Program-made: the position numbers and the translations under genes
NCBI GenBank assembly: GCA_964016885.1
Contig: OZ024746.1
Location: 51,832,001-51,896,000 of the forward strand
Direction of reading: 5' to 3'
Source of the DNA: Eledone cirrhosa
Taxonomy: Eukaryota
Length of the DNA stretch: 64,000 nucleotides
In this document: one piece after another, positions 49,956 through 64,000 of the stretch
Numbering within the stretch: the stretch's first letter is position 1
Layout: every line of letters starts with the position of its first letter
Notes under the pieces: model-generated
Databases searched by the model: none
What the model saw: the letters and a program-made list of their open reading frames with translations, nothing else
What the model was told of the DNA's origin: nothing

Positions 49956-52900
49956 TGTATTGGTTATGTTATACTTAGTATGGAGTAGTGTATGGCATAG
50001 AATGGTGTATATAGGTGTGTGTTGTATGGTATGGAATTCTATGTATTGGGTATGTTATACTTTGTATGGAGTAGTGTATGGTATAGAATGGTGTATATAG
50101 GTGTGTGTTGTATGGTATGGAATTCTATGTATTGGGTATGTTATATTTAGTAGGGAGTAGTGTATGGCATAAACTGGTGTATATAGGTGTGTGTTGTATG
50201 GTATGGAATTCTATGTATAGGGTATGATATACTTTGTATGGAGTAGTGTATGGTATAGAATGGTGTATATAGGTGTGTGTTGTATGGTATGGAATTCTAT
50301 GTATTGGGTATGTTATACTTAGTATGGAGTAGTGTATGGCATAGACTGGTGTATATAGGTGTGTGTTGTATGGTATGGAATTCTATGTATTGGGTATGTT
50401 ATACTGTGTATGGAGTAGTGTATGGTATAGAATGGTGTATATAGGTGTGTGTTGTATGGTATCGAATTCTATGTATTGGGTATGTTATACTTTGTATGGA
50501 GTAGTGTATGGTATAGAATGGTGTATATAGGTGTGTGTTGTATGGTATGAAATTCTATGTATTAGGTATGTTATACTGAGTATGGAGTAGTGTATGGTAT
50601 AGAATGGTGTATATAGGTGTGTGTTGTATGGTATGGAATTCTATGTATTGGGTATGTTATACTGAGTATGGATTAGTGTATGATATAGAATGGTGTATAT
50701 AGGTGTGCGTTGTATGGTATGGAATTCTATGTATTGGGTATGTTATACTGAGTATGGAGTAGTGTATGGTATAGAATGGTGTATATAGGTGTGAGTTGTA
50801 TGGTATAGAATTCTATGGATTGGGTATGTTATATTTAGTATGGAGTAGTGTATGGCATAGAATGGTGTATATAGTTGTGTCTTGTATGGTATGGAATTCT
50901 AAGTATTGGGTATGTTATACTGTGTATGGAGTAGTGTATGGTATAGAATGGTGTATATAGATGTGTGTTGCATGGTATCGAATTCTATGTATTGGGTAAG
51001 TTATACTTTTTATGGAGTAGTGTATGGTATAGAATGGTGTATATAGGTATGTCTTGTATGGTAAGGAATTCTATGTATTGGGTATGTTATACTTTGAATA
51101 GAGTAGTGTATGGTATAGAATGGTGTATATAGATGTGTGTTGTATGGTATGGAATTTTATGTATTGGGTATGTTATACTTAATATGGAGTAGTGTATGGT
51201 ATAGAATGGTGTATATAGGTGTGTGTGGTATGGTATGGAATTCTATGTATTGGGTATGTTATACTGAGTATGGAGTAGTGTATGGTATAGAATGGTGTAT
51301 ATAGGTGTGTGTTGTATGGTATGGAATTCTATGTATTGGGTATGTTATATTTTGTATGGTGTAGTGTATGGTATAGCATGGTGTATATAGGTATGTGTTG
51401 TATGGTATGGAATTCTATGTATTGTTATGTTATACTTTTTATGGAGTAGTGTATGGTATAGAATGGTGTATATAGGTGTGTGTTGTATGGTATGGAATTC
51501 TATGTATTAGGTATGTTATACTGAGTATGGAGTAGTGTATGGTATAGAATGGTGTATATAGGTGTGTGTTGTATGGTATGGAATTCTATGTATTGGGTAT
51601 GTTATACTGAGTATGGAGTAGTGTATGGTATAGAATGGTGTATATAGGTGTGTGTTGTATGGTATGGAATTCTATGTATTGGGTATGTTATATTTAGTAT
51701 GGAGTAGTGTATGGCATAGAATGGTGTATATAGGTGTGTGTTGTATGGTAAGGAATTCTATGTATTGGGTATGTTATACTTAGTATGGAGTAGTGTATGG
51801 TATAAAATGGTGTATATAGGTGTGTGTTGTATGGTATAGAATTCTATGAATTGGGTATGTTATATTTAGTATGGAGTAGTGTATGGCATAGAATGGTGTA
51901 TATAGGTCTGTCTTGTATGGTATGGAATTCTATGTATTGGGTATGTTATACTTTGAATAGAGTAGTGTATGGTATATAATAGTATATATAGATGTGAGAT
52001 GTATGGTATGGAATTCTATGTATTGGGGATGTTATATTTAGTAGGGAGTAGTGTATGGCATAAACTGGTGTATATAGGTGTGTGTTGTATGGTATGGAAT
52101 TCTATATATAGGGTATGTTATACTTTGTATGGAGTAGTGTATGGTATAGAATGGTGTATATAGGTGTGTGTTGTATGGTATCGAATTCTATGTATTGGGT
52201 ATGTTATACTTAGTATGGAGTAGTGTATGGCATAGACTGGTGTATATAGGTGTGTGTTGTATGGTATGGAATTCTGTGTATTGGGTATGTTATACTGTGT
52301 ATGGAGTAGTGTATGTTATAGAATGGTGTATATAGGTGTGTGTTGTATGGTTTGGAATTCTATGTATTAGGTATGTTATACTGAGTATGGAGTAGTGTAT
52401 GGTATAGAATGGTGTATATAGGTGTGTGTTGTATGGTATGGAATTCTATGTATTGGGTATGATATACTGAGTATGGATTAGTGTATGGTATAGAATGGTG
52501 TTTATAGGTGTGTGTTGTATGGTATGGAATTCTATGTATTAGGTATGTTATACTGAGTATGGAGTAGTGTATGGTATAGAATGGTGTATATAGGTGTGAG
52601 TTGTATGGTATAGAATTCTATGGATTGGGTATGTTATATTTAGTATGGAGTAGTGTATGGCATAGAATAGTGTATATAGTTGTGTCTTGTATGGTATGGA
52701 ATTCTAAGTATTGGGTATGTTATACTGTGTATGGAGTAGTGTTTGGTATAGAATGGTGTATATAGATGTGTGTTGCATGGTATCGAATTCTTTGTATTGG
52801 GTAAGTTATACTTTTTATGGAGTAGTGTATGGTATAGAATGGTGTATATAGGTGTGTCTTGCATGGTAAGGAATTCTATGTATTGGGTATGTTATACTTT

Positions 52901-55900
52901 GAATAGAGTAGTGTATGGTATAGAATGGTGTATATAGATGTGTGTTGTATGGTATGGAATTTTATGTATTGGGTATGTTATACTTAATATGGAGTAGTGT
53001 ATGGTATAGAATGGTGTATATAGGTGTGTGTTGTATGGTATGGAATTCTATGTATTGGGTATGTTATACTGAGTATGGAGTAGTGTATGGTATAGAATGG
53101 TGTATATAGGTGTGTGTTGTATGGTATGGAATTCTATGTATTGTGTATGTTATATTTTGTATGGTGTAGTGTATGGTATAGAATGGTGTATATAGGTATG
53201 TGTTGTATGGTATGGAATTCTATGTATTGTTATGTTATACTGAGTATGGAGTAGTGTATGGTATAGAATGGTGTATATAGGTGTGTGTTGTATGGTATGG
53301 AATTCTATGTATTGGGTATGTTTTATTTAGTATGGAGTAGTGTATGGCGTAGAATGGTGTATATAGGTGTGTGTTGTACGGTATGGAATTCTATGTATTG
53401 GGTATGTTATAGTTAGTATGGAGTAGTGTATGGCATAGAATGTTGTATATAGGTGTCTGTTGTATGGTATGGAATTCTATGTATTGGGTATGTTATACTT
53501 TGTATGGAGTAGTGTATGATATAGAATGGTGTATATAGGTGTGTGTTGTATGGTATGGAATTCTATGTATTTGGTATGTTATGCTGAGTATGGAGTAGTG
53601 TATGGTGTAGAATGCTGTATATAGGTTTGTGTTGTATGGTATGGAATTCTATGTATTGGGTATGTTATATTTTGTATGGTGTAGTGTATGGTATAGAACG
53701 GTGTATATAGGTGTGTGTTGTATGGTATGGAATTCTATGTATCGTAATGTTATACTGAGTATGGAGTAGTGTATGGTATAGAATGGTGTATATAGGTGTG
53801 TGTTGTATGGTATGGAATTCTATGTATTGGGTATGTTTTACTTAGTATGGAGTAGTGTATGGCATAGAATGGTGTATATAGGTGTGTGTTGTACGGTATG
53901 GAATTCTATGTATTGGGTATGTTATACTTAGTATGGAGTAGTGTATGGCATAGAATGGTGTATATAGGTGTGTGTTGTATGGTATGGAATTCTATGAATT
54001 GGGTATGTTATATTTAGTATGGAGTAGCGTATAGTATAGAATGGTGTATATAGGTGTGTGTTGTATGTTATAGAATTCTATGTATTAGTATGTTATACTG
54101 AGTATGGAGTAGTGTATGGTATAGAATGGTGTATATAGGTGTGTGTTGTATGGTATGGAATTCTATGTATCGTTATGTTATACTGAGTATGGAGTAGTGT
54201 ATGGTATAGAATGGTGTATATAGGTGTGTGTTGTATGGTATGGAATTCTATGTATTGTTATGTTATACTTAGTATGGAGTAGTGTATGGCATAGAATGGT
54301 GTATATAGGTGTGTGTTGTATGGTATGGAATTCTATGTATTGGGTATGTTATAATTTATAAGGAGTATTGTATGGTATAGAATGGTGTATATAGGTGTGT
54401 GTTGTATGGTATAGAATTCTATGTATTGTGTATGTTATACTTAGTATGGAGTAGTGTATGGTATCGAATGGTGTATGTAGGTGTGTGTTGTATGGTATGG
54501 AATTCTATGAATTGGGTATGTTATATTTAGTATGGAGTAGTGTATGGTATAGAATGGTGTATATAGGTGTGTGTTGTATGGTATGGAATTCTATGTATTG
54601 GGTATGTTATACTTAGTATGGAGTAGTGTATGTTATAGACTGGTGTATATAGGTGTGTGTTGTATGGTATGGAATGCTATGTATTGGGTATGTTATACTT
54701 AGTATGGAGTAGTGTATGGTATAGAATGGTGTATATAGGTGTGTGTAGTATGGTATGGAATTCTATGTATTAGGTATGTTATACTGAGTATGGAGTAGTG
54801 TATGGTATAGAATGGTGTATATAGGTGTGTGTTGTATGGTATAGAAATGTATGAATTGGGTATGTTATATTTAGTATGGAGTAGTGTATGACATAGAATG
54901 GTGTATATAGGTGTGTCTTGTATGGTATGGAATTCTATGTATTGGGTATGTTATACTTTGAATAGAGTAGTGTATGGTATATAATAGTATATATAGATGT
55001 GTGTTGTATGGTATGGAATTCTATGTATTGGGGATGTTATATTTAGTAGGGAGTAGTGTATGGCATAGACTGGTGTATATAGGTGTGTGTTGTATGGTAT
55101 GGACTTCTATGTATTGGGTATGTTATACTTTGTATGGATTAGTGTATCGTATAGAATGGTGTATATAGGTGTGTGTTGTATGGTAGGAAATTCTATGTAT
55201 TAGGTATGTTATACTGAGTATGGATTAGTGTATGGTATAGAATGGTGCATATAGGTGTGTGTTGTATGGTATGGAATTCTATGTATTACGTATGGTATAC
55301 TGAGTATGGAGTAGTGTATGGTATAGAATGGTGTATATAGGTGTGTGTTGTATGGTATGGAATTCTATGAATTGGGTATGTTATATTTAGTATGGAGTAG
55401 TGTATGGTATAGAATGGTGTATATAGGTTTGTCTTGTATGGAATGGAATTCTATGTATTGGGTATGTTATACTTTGAATAGTGTAGTGTATGGTATAGAA
55501 TGGTATATATAGATGTGTGTTGTATGGTATGGAATTCTATGTATTGTGGATGTCGTATTTAGTATGGAGTAGTGTATGGCATAGCCTGGTGTATATAGGT
55601 GTGTGTTGTATGGTATGGAATTCTATGTATTGGGTATGTTATACTTTGTATGGAGTAGTGTATGGTATAGAATGGTGTATATAGGTGTGTGTTGTATGGT
55701 TTCGAATTCTATGTATTGGTTATGTTATACTATGTATGGAGTAGTGTATGGTATAGAATGGTGTATATAGGTGTGTGTTGTATGGTATGGAATTCTATGT
55801 ATTGGGTATGTTATACTGAGTATGGAGTAGTGTATGGTATAGAATGGTGTATATAGGTGTGTGTTGTATGGTATGGAATTCTATGTATTGGGTATGTTAT

Positions 55901-58900
55901 ACTGAGTATCGAGTAGTGTATGGTATAGAATGGTGTATATAGGTGTGTGTTGTATGGTATGGAATTCTATGTATTGGGTATGTTATATTTTGTATGGTGT
56001 AGTGCATGGTATAGAATGGTGTATATAGGTATGTGTTGTATGGTATGGAATTCTATGTATTGTTATGTTATACTGAGTATGGAGTAGTGTATGGTATATA
56101 ATGGTGTATATAGGTGTGTGTTGTATGGTATGGAATTCTATGTATTGGGTATGTTTTATTTAGTATGGAGTAGTGTATGGCGTAGAATGGTGTATATAGG
56201 TGTGTGTTGTACGGTATGGAATTCTATGTATTGGGTATGTTATAGTTAGTATGGAGTAGTGTATGGCATAGAATGGTGTATATAGGTGTCTGTTGTATGG
56301 TATGGAATTCTATGTATTGGGTATGTTATACTTTGTATGGAGTAGTGTATGATATAGAATGGTGTATATAGGTGTGTGTTGTATGGTATGGAATTCTATG
56401 TATTTGGTATGTTAAGCTGAGTATGGAGTAGTGTATGGTGTAGAATGCTGTATATAGGTGTGTGTTGTATGGTATGGAATTCTATGTATTGGGTATGTTA
56501 TATTTTGTATGGTGTAGTGTATGGTATAGAACGGTGTATATAGGTGTGTGTTGTATGGTATGGAATTCTATGTATCGTAATGTTATACTGAGTATGGAGT
56601 AGTGTATGGTATAGAATGGTGTATATAGGTGTGTGTTGTATGGTATGGAATTCTATGTATTGGGTATGTTTTACTTAGTATGGAGTAGTGTATGGCATAG
56701 AATGGTGTATATAGGTGTGTGTTGTACGGTATGGAATTCTATGTATTGGGTATGTTATACTTAGTATGGAGTAGTGTATGGCATAGAATGGTGTATATAG
56801 GTGTGTGTTGTATGGTATGGAATTCTATGTATTGGGTATGTTATACTTTGTATGGAGTAGTGTATGGTATAGAATGGTGTATATGGGTGTGTGTTGTATG
56901 GTATGGAATTCTATGTATTAGGTATGTTATACTGAGTATGGAGTAGTGTATGGTATAGAATGGTGTATATAGGTGTGTGTTGTATGGTATGGAATTCTAT
57001 GAATTGGGTATGTTATATTTAGTATGGAGTAGCGTATAGTATAGAATGGTGTATATAGGTGTGTGTTGTATGTTATAGAATTCTATGTATTAGTATGTTA
57101 TACTGAGTATGGAGTAGCGTATGGTATAGAATGGTGTATATAGGTGTGTGTTGTATGGTATGGAATTCTATGTATCGTTATGTTATACTGAGTATGGAGT
57201 AGTGTATGGTATAGAATGGTGTATATAGGTGTGTGTTGTATGGTATGGAATCTATGTATTAGGTATGTTATACTTAGTATGGAGTAGTGTATGGTATAGA
57301 ATGGTGTATATAGGTGTGTGTTGTATGGTATGGAATTCTATGTATTGTTATGTTATACTTAGTACGGAGTAGTGTATGGCATAGAATGGTGTATATAGGT
57401 GTGTGTTGTATGGTATGGAATTCTATGTATTGGGTATGTTATAATTTATAAGGAGTATTGTATGGTATAGAATGGTGTATATAGGTGTGTGTTGTATGGT
57501 ATAGAATTCTATGTATTGTGTATGTTATACTTAGTATGGAGTAGTGTATGGTATCGAATGGTGTATGTAGGTGTGTGTTGTATGGTATGGAATTCTATGA
57601 ATTGGGTATGTTATATTTAGTATGGAGTAGTGTATGGTATAGAATGGTGTATATAGGTGTGTGTTGTATGGTATGGAATTCTATGTATTGGGTATGTTAT
57701 ACTTAGTATGGAGTAGTGTATGTTATAGACTGGTGTATATAGGTGTGTGTTGTATGGTATGGAATGCTATGTATTGGGTATGTTATACTTAGTATGGAGT
57801 AGTGTATGGTATAGAATGGTGTATATAGGTGTGTGTAGTATGGTATGGAATTCTATGTATTAGGTATGTTATACTGAGTATGGAGTAGTGTATGGTATAG
57901 AATGGTGTATATAGGTGTGTGTTGTATGGTATAGAAATGTATGAATTGGGTATGTTATATTTAGTATGGAGTAGTGTATGACATAGAATGGTGTATATAG
58001 GTGTGGCTTGTATGGTATGGAATTCTATGTATTGGGTATGTTATCCTTTGAATAGAGTAGTGTATGGTATATAATAGTATATATAGATGTGTGTTGTATG
58101 GTATGGAATTCTATGTATTGGGGATGTTATATTTAGTAGGGAGTAGTATATGGCATAGACTGGTGTATATAGGTGTGTGTTGTATGGTATGGACTTCTAT
58201 GTATTGGGTATGTTATACTTTGTATGGATTAGTGTATCGTATAGAATGGTGTATATAGGTGTGTGTTGTATGGTAGGAAATTCTATGTATTAGGTATGTT
58301 ATACTGAGTATCGATTAGTGTATGGTATAGAATGGTGTATATAGGTGTGTGTTGTATGGTATGGAATTCTATGTATTACGTATGGTATACTGAGTATGGA
58401 GTAGTGTATGGTATAGAATGGTGTATATAGGTGTGTGTTGTATGGTATGGAATTCTATGAATTGGGTATGTTATATTTAGTATGGAGTAGTGTATGGTAT
58501 AGAATGGTGTATATAGGTTTGTCTTGTATGGAATGGAATTCTATGTATTGGGTATGTTATACTTTGAATAGTGTAGTGTATGGTATAGAATGGTATATAT
58601 AGATGTGTGTTGTATGGTATGGAATTCTATGTATTGGGGATGTCGTATTTAGTATGGAGTAGTGTATGGCATAGACTGGTGTATATAGGTGTGTGTTGTA
58701 TGGTATGGAATTCTATGTATTGGGTATGTTATACTTTGTATGGAGTAGTGTATGGTATAGAATGGTGTATATAGGTGTGTGTTGTATGGTTTCGAATTCT
58801 ATGTATTGGTTATGTTATACTATGTATGGAGTAGTGTATGGTATAGAATGGTGTATATAGGTGTGTGTTGTATGGTATGGAATTCTATGTTTTGTGTATG

Positions 58901-61900
58901 TTATACTGAGTATGGAGTAGTGTATGGTATAGAATGGTGTATAAAGGTGTGTGTTGTATGGTATGGAATTCTATGTATCGTTATGTTATACTGAGTATGG
59001 ATTAGTGTATGGTATAGAATGGTGTATATAGGTGTGTGTTGTATGGTATGGAATTCTAAGTGTTGGGTATGTTATAGTGTGTATGTAGTAGTGTATGGTA
59101 TAGAATGGTGTATATAGATGTGTGTTGCATGGTATCGAATTCTATGTATTGGGTATGTTATACTTTGTATGGAGTAGTGTATGGTATAGAATGGTGTATA
59201 TAGGTGTGTCTTGTATGGTTAAGAATTGTATGTATTGGGTATGTTATACTTTGAATAGAGTAGTGTATGGTATAGAATGGTGTATATAGATGTGTGTTGT
59301 ATGGTATGGAATTTTATGTATTGGGTATGTTATAATTAATATGGAGTAGTGTATGGTATAGAATGCTCTATATATCTGTTGTTGTATGGTATGGAATTAT
59401 ATGTATTGGGTATGTTATACTTAGTACGGAGTAGTGTATGGTATAGAATGGTGTATATAGCTGTGTGTTGTATGGTATGGAATTCTATGTATTGGTTATG
59501 TTATACTGAGTATGGAGTAGTGTATGGTATAGAATGGTGTATATAGGTGTGTGTTGTATGGTATGGAATTCTATGTATTGGGTATGTTATATTTTGTATG
59601 GTGTAGTGTATGGTATAGAATGGTGTATATAGGTGTGTGTTGTATGGTATGGAATTCTATGTATTGTTATGTTATACTTAGTATGGAGTAGTGTATGGCA
59701 TAGAATGGTGTATATAGGTGTGTGTTGTATGGTATGGAATTCTATGTATTGGGTATTTTATACTGAGAATGGAGTAGTGTATGGTATAGAATGGTGTATA
59801 TAGGTGTGTGTTGTATGGTATGGAATTATATGTATTGGGTATGTTTTACTTAGTATGGAGTAGTGTATGGCATAGAATGGTGTATATAGGTGTGTGTTGT
59901 ATGGTATGGAATTCTATGTATTGGGTATATTATACTTTGTATGGAGTAGTGTATGGTATAGAATGGTGTATATAGGTGTGTATTGTATGGTATGGAATTC
60001 TATGTATTAGGTATGTTATACTGAGTATGGAGTAGTGTATGGTATAGAATGGTGTGTATAGGTGTGTGTTGTATGGTATGGAATTCTATGTATTGGGTAT
60101 GTTATACTGAGTATGGAGTAGTGTATGGTATAGAATGGTGTATATAGGTGTGTGTTGTATGGTATGGAATTCTATGTATTAGGTATGTTATACTGAGTAT
60201 GGAGTAGTGTATGGTATAGAATGGTGTATATAGGTGTGTGTTGTATGGTTTGGAATTCTATGTATTAGGTATGTTATACTGAGTATGGAGTAGTGTATGG
60301 TATAGAATGGTGTATATAGGTGTGTGTTGTATGGTATGGTATTCTATGTATAGGGTATGTTATACTTTGTATGGAGTAGTGCATGGTATAGAATGGTGTA
60401 TATAGGTGTGTGTTGTATGGTATAGAATTCTATGTATTGGGTATGTTATACTTAGTATGGAGTAGTGTATGGCATAGACTGGTGTATATAGGTGTGTGTT
60501 GTATGGTATGGTATTCTATGTATTGGGTATGTTATACTGTGTATGGAGTAGTGTATGGTATAGAATGGTGTATATAGGTGTGTGTCGCATGGTATCGAAT
60601 TATATGTATTGGGTATGTTATACTTTGTATGGAGTAGTGTATGGTATAGAATGGTGTATATAGGTGTGTGTTGTATGGTATGGAATTCTATGTATTGGTT
60701 ATGTTATACTTAGTATGGAGTAGTGTATGGCATAGAATGGTGTATATAGGTGTGTCTTGTATGGTAAGGAATTCTATGTATTGGTTATGAGATACATTGA
60801 ATAGAGTAGTGTATGGCATAGAATGGTGTATATAGGTGTGTGTTGTATGGTATGGAATTCTATGTAGTGGGTACGTTATACTGTGTATGGAGTAGTGTAT
60901 GGTATAGAATGGTGTATATAGGTGTGTCGTGTATGGTAAGGAATTCTATGTATTGGGTATGAGATACTTTGAATAGAGTAGTGTATGGTATAGAATGGTG
61001 TATATAGATGTGTGTTGTATGGTATGGAATTTTATGTATTGGGTATGTTATACTTAATATGGAGTAGTGTATGGTATATAATGCTCTATATATGTGTGTG
61101 TTGTATGGTATGGAATTATATGTATTGGGTATGTTATACTTAGTATGGAGTAGTGTATGGTATAGAATGGTGTATATAGGTGTGTGTTGTATGGTATGGA
61201 ATTTTATGTATTGGGTATGTTATACTGATTATGGAGTAGTGAATGTTATGGAATGGTGTATATAGGTGTGTGTTGTATGGTATGGAATTCTATGTACTGG
61301 GTATGTTATATTTTGTATGGTGTAGTGTATGGTATAGAATGGTGTATATAGGTGTGTGTTGTATGGTATGGAATTCTATGTATTGTTATGTTATACTGAG
61401 TATGGAGTAGTGTATGGTATAGAATGGTGTATATAGGTGTGTGTTGTATGGTATCGAATTCTATGTATTGGGTATCTTTTACTTAGTATGGAGTAGTGTA
61501 TGGCATAGAATGGTGTATATAGGTGTGTGTTGTATGGTATGGAATTCTATGTATTGGGTATATTATACTTTGTATGGAGTAGTGTATGGTATAGAATGGT
61601 GTATATAGGTGTGTGTTGTATGGTATGGAATTCTATGTATTAGGTATGTTATACTGAGTATGGAGTAGTGTATGGCATAGAATGGTGTATATAGGTGTGT
61701 GTTGTATGGTATGGAATTCTATGTATTGGGTATGTTATACTGAGTATGGAGTAGTGTATGGTATAGAATGGTGTATATAGGTGTGTGTTGTATGGTATGG
61801 GATTCTAAGTATTGCGTATGTTATAATGTGTATGGAGTAGTGTATTGTATAGAACGGTGTATATAGATGTGTGTTGCATGGTATCGAATTCTATGTATTG

Positions 61901-64000
61901 GGTATGTTATAATTTTTATGGAGTAGTGTATGGTATAGAATGGTGTATATAGGTGTGTCTTGTATGGTAAGGAATTCTATGTATTGGGTATGTTATACTT
62001 TGAATAGAGTAGTGTATGGTATAGAATAGTGTATATAGATGTGTGTTGTATGGTATGGAATTTTATGTATTGGGTATGTTATACTCAATATGGAGTAGTG
62101 TATGGTATAGAATGCTGTATATATGTGTGTGTTGTATGGTATGGAATTCTATGTATTGGGTATGTTATATTAGTATGGAGTAGTGTATGGTATAGAATGG
62201 TGTATATAGGTGTGTGTTGTATGGTATGGAATTCTATGTATTGGGTATGTTATACTGAGTATGGAGTAGTGTATGGTATAGAATGGTGTATATAGGTGTG
62301 TGTTGTATGGTATGGAATTCTATGTATTGGGTATGTTATATTTTGTATGGTGTAGTGTATGGTATAGAATGGTGTATATAGCTATGTGTTGTATGGTATG
62401 GAATTCTATGTATTGTTATGTTATACTGAGTATGGAGTAGTGTATGGTATAGAATGGTGTATATAGGTGTGTGTTGTATGGTATGGAAGTCTATGTATTG
62501 GGTATGTTTTACTTAGTATGGAGTAGTGTATGGCGTAGAATGGTGTATATAGGTGTGTGTTGTACGGTATGGAATTCTATGTATTGGGTATGTTATAGTT
62601 AGTATGGAGTAGTGTATGGCATATAATGGTGTATATAGGTGTCTGTTGTATGGTATGGAATTCTATGTATTGGGTATGTTATACTTTGTATGGAGTAGTG
62701 TATGGTATAGAATGGTGTATATAGGTGTGTGTTGTATGGTATGGAATTCTATGTATTAGGTATGTTATACTGAGTATGGAGTAGTGTATGATATAGAATG
62801 GTGTATATAGGTGTGTGTTGTAAGGTATGGAATTCTATGTATTTGGTATGTTATACTGAGTATGGAGTAGTGTATGGTATAGAATGCTATATATAGGTGT
62901 GTGTTGTATGGTATGGAATTCTATGTATTGGGTATGTTATATTTTGTATGGTGTAGTGTATGGTATAGAACGGTGTATATAGGTGTGTGTTGTATGGTAT
63001 GGAATTTCGATGTATCGTTATGTTATACTGAGTATGGAGTAGTGTATGTTATAGAATGGTGTATATAGGTGTGTGATGTATGGTATGGAATTCTATGTAT
63101 TGGGTATGTTTTACTTAGTATGGAGTAGTGTATGGCATAGAATGGTGTATATAGGTGTGTGTTGTACGGTATGGAATTCTATGTATTGGCTATGTTATAC
63201 TTAGTATGGAGTAGTGTAGGGCATAGAATGGTGTATATAGGTGTGTGTTGTATGGTATGGAATTCTATGTATTGGGTATGTTATACTTTGTATGGAGTAG
63301 TGTATGGTATAGAATGGTGTATATGGGTGTGTGTTGTACGGTATGGAATTCTATGTATTGGCTATGTTATACTTAGTATGGAGTAGTGTATGGCATAGAA
63401 TGGTGTATATAGGTGTGTGTTGTATGGTATGGAGTGCTATGTATTGGGTATGTTATACTTTGTATGGAGTAGTGTATGGTATAGAATGGTGTATATAGGT
63501 GTGTGTTGTATGGTATGGAATTCTATGTATTGGGTATGTTATACTTAGTATGGTGTAGTGTATGGTATAGAATGGTGTATACAGGTGTGTGTTGTATGGT
63601 ATGGAATTCTATGTATTGGGTATGTTATACTGAATATGGAGTAGTGTATGGTATAGAATGGTGTATATAGGTGTGTGTTGCATGGTATCGAATTCTATGT
63701 ATTGGGTATGTTATACTTTGTATGGAGTAGTGTATGGTATAGAATGGTGTATATAGGTGTGTCTTGTATGGTAAGGAATTCTATGTATTGGGTATGTTAT
63801 ACTTTGAATAGAGTAGTGTATGGTATAGAATAGTGTATATAGATGTGTGTTGTATGGTATGGAATTTTATGTATTGGGTATGTTATACTTAATATGGAGT
63901 AGTGTATGGTATAGAATGCTGTATATATGTGTGTGTTGTATGGTATGGAATTCTATGTATTGGGTATGTTATATTAGTATGGAGTAGTGTATGGTATAGA
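49956..64000. repeat. 86-bp satellite DNA array (~163 monomers in window, continues off edge)
   Basis: Consensus TATGGAGTAGTGTATGGTATAGAATGGTGTATATAGGTGTGTGTTGTATGGTATGGAATTCTATGTATTGGGTATGTTATACTGAG; one EcoRI site per monomer. Confidence 0.98.

Noticed and set aside
49956-64000. CRISPR-like array or repeat-protein ORFs in the satellite
   Set aside because: Contiguous tandem monomers with no unique spacers; ORFs are short by-products of stop-codon variants; eukaryotic context.

Overview
Eukaryotic, gene-free, repeat-dense DNA. The SINE types and microsatellite load suggest an octopod cephalopod (inference from recognition, not a search). The window has five parts. (1) 1-6.8 kb: 5' end of an RTE LINE, SINEs, a Helitron/HINE-like element, fold-back elements in (TA)n, and a Penelope GIY-YIG remnant. 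(2) 6.8-32.75 kb: an uninterrupted ~26 kb stack of non-LTR retrotransposons, each separated by (AAT)n. It holds two L1/Tx1-clade elements on the minus strand (one full length with intact ORF2), five R4/Dong-clade copies on the plus strand (two with intact, near-identical 1130-aa ORFs, one from a second family, two 5'-truncated), and a SINE. (3) 33-47 kb: three further 5'-truncated Tx1 copies that sit in (TATC)n instead, asymmetric fold-back elements, a complete minimal hammerhead ribozyme, a decayed RTE, and an inverted duplication. (4) 47-50 kb: SINEs and pentamer microsatellites. (5) 49.96-64 kb: an 86-bp satellite array with higher-order structure. The most notable points are a shared microsatellite niche used by two unrelated clades, an apparently Tx1-derived 5' leader on the intact Dong family, covarying RNA structures shared by two Dong families, and a tail-plus-hairpin element family whose arms match within each copy but differ between copies.
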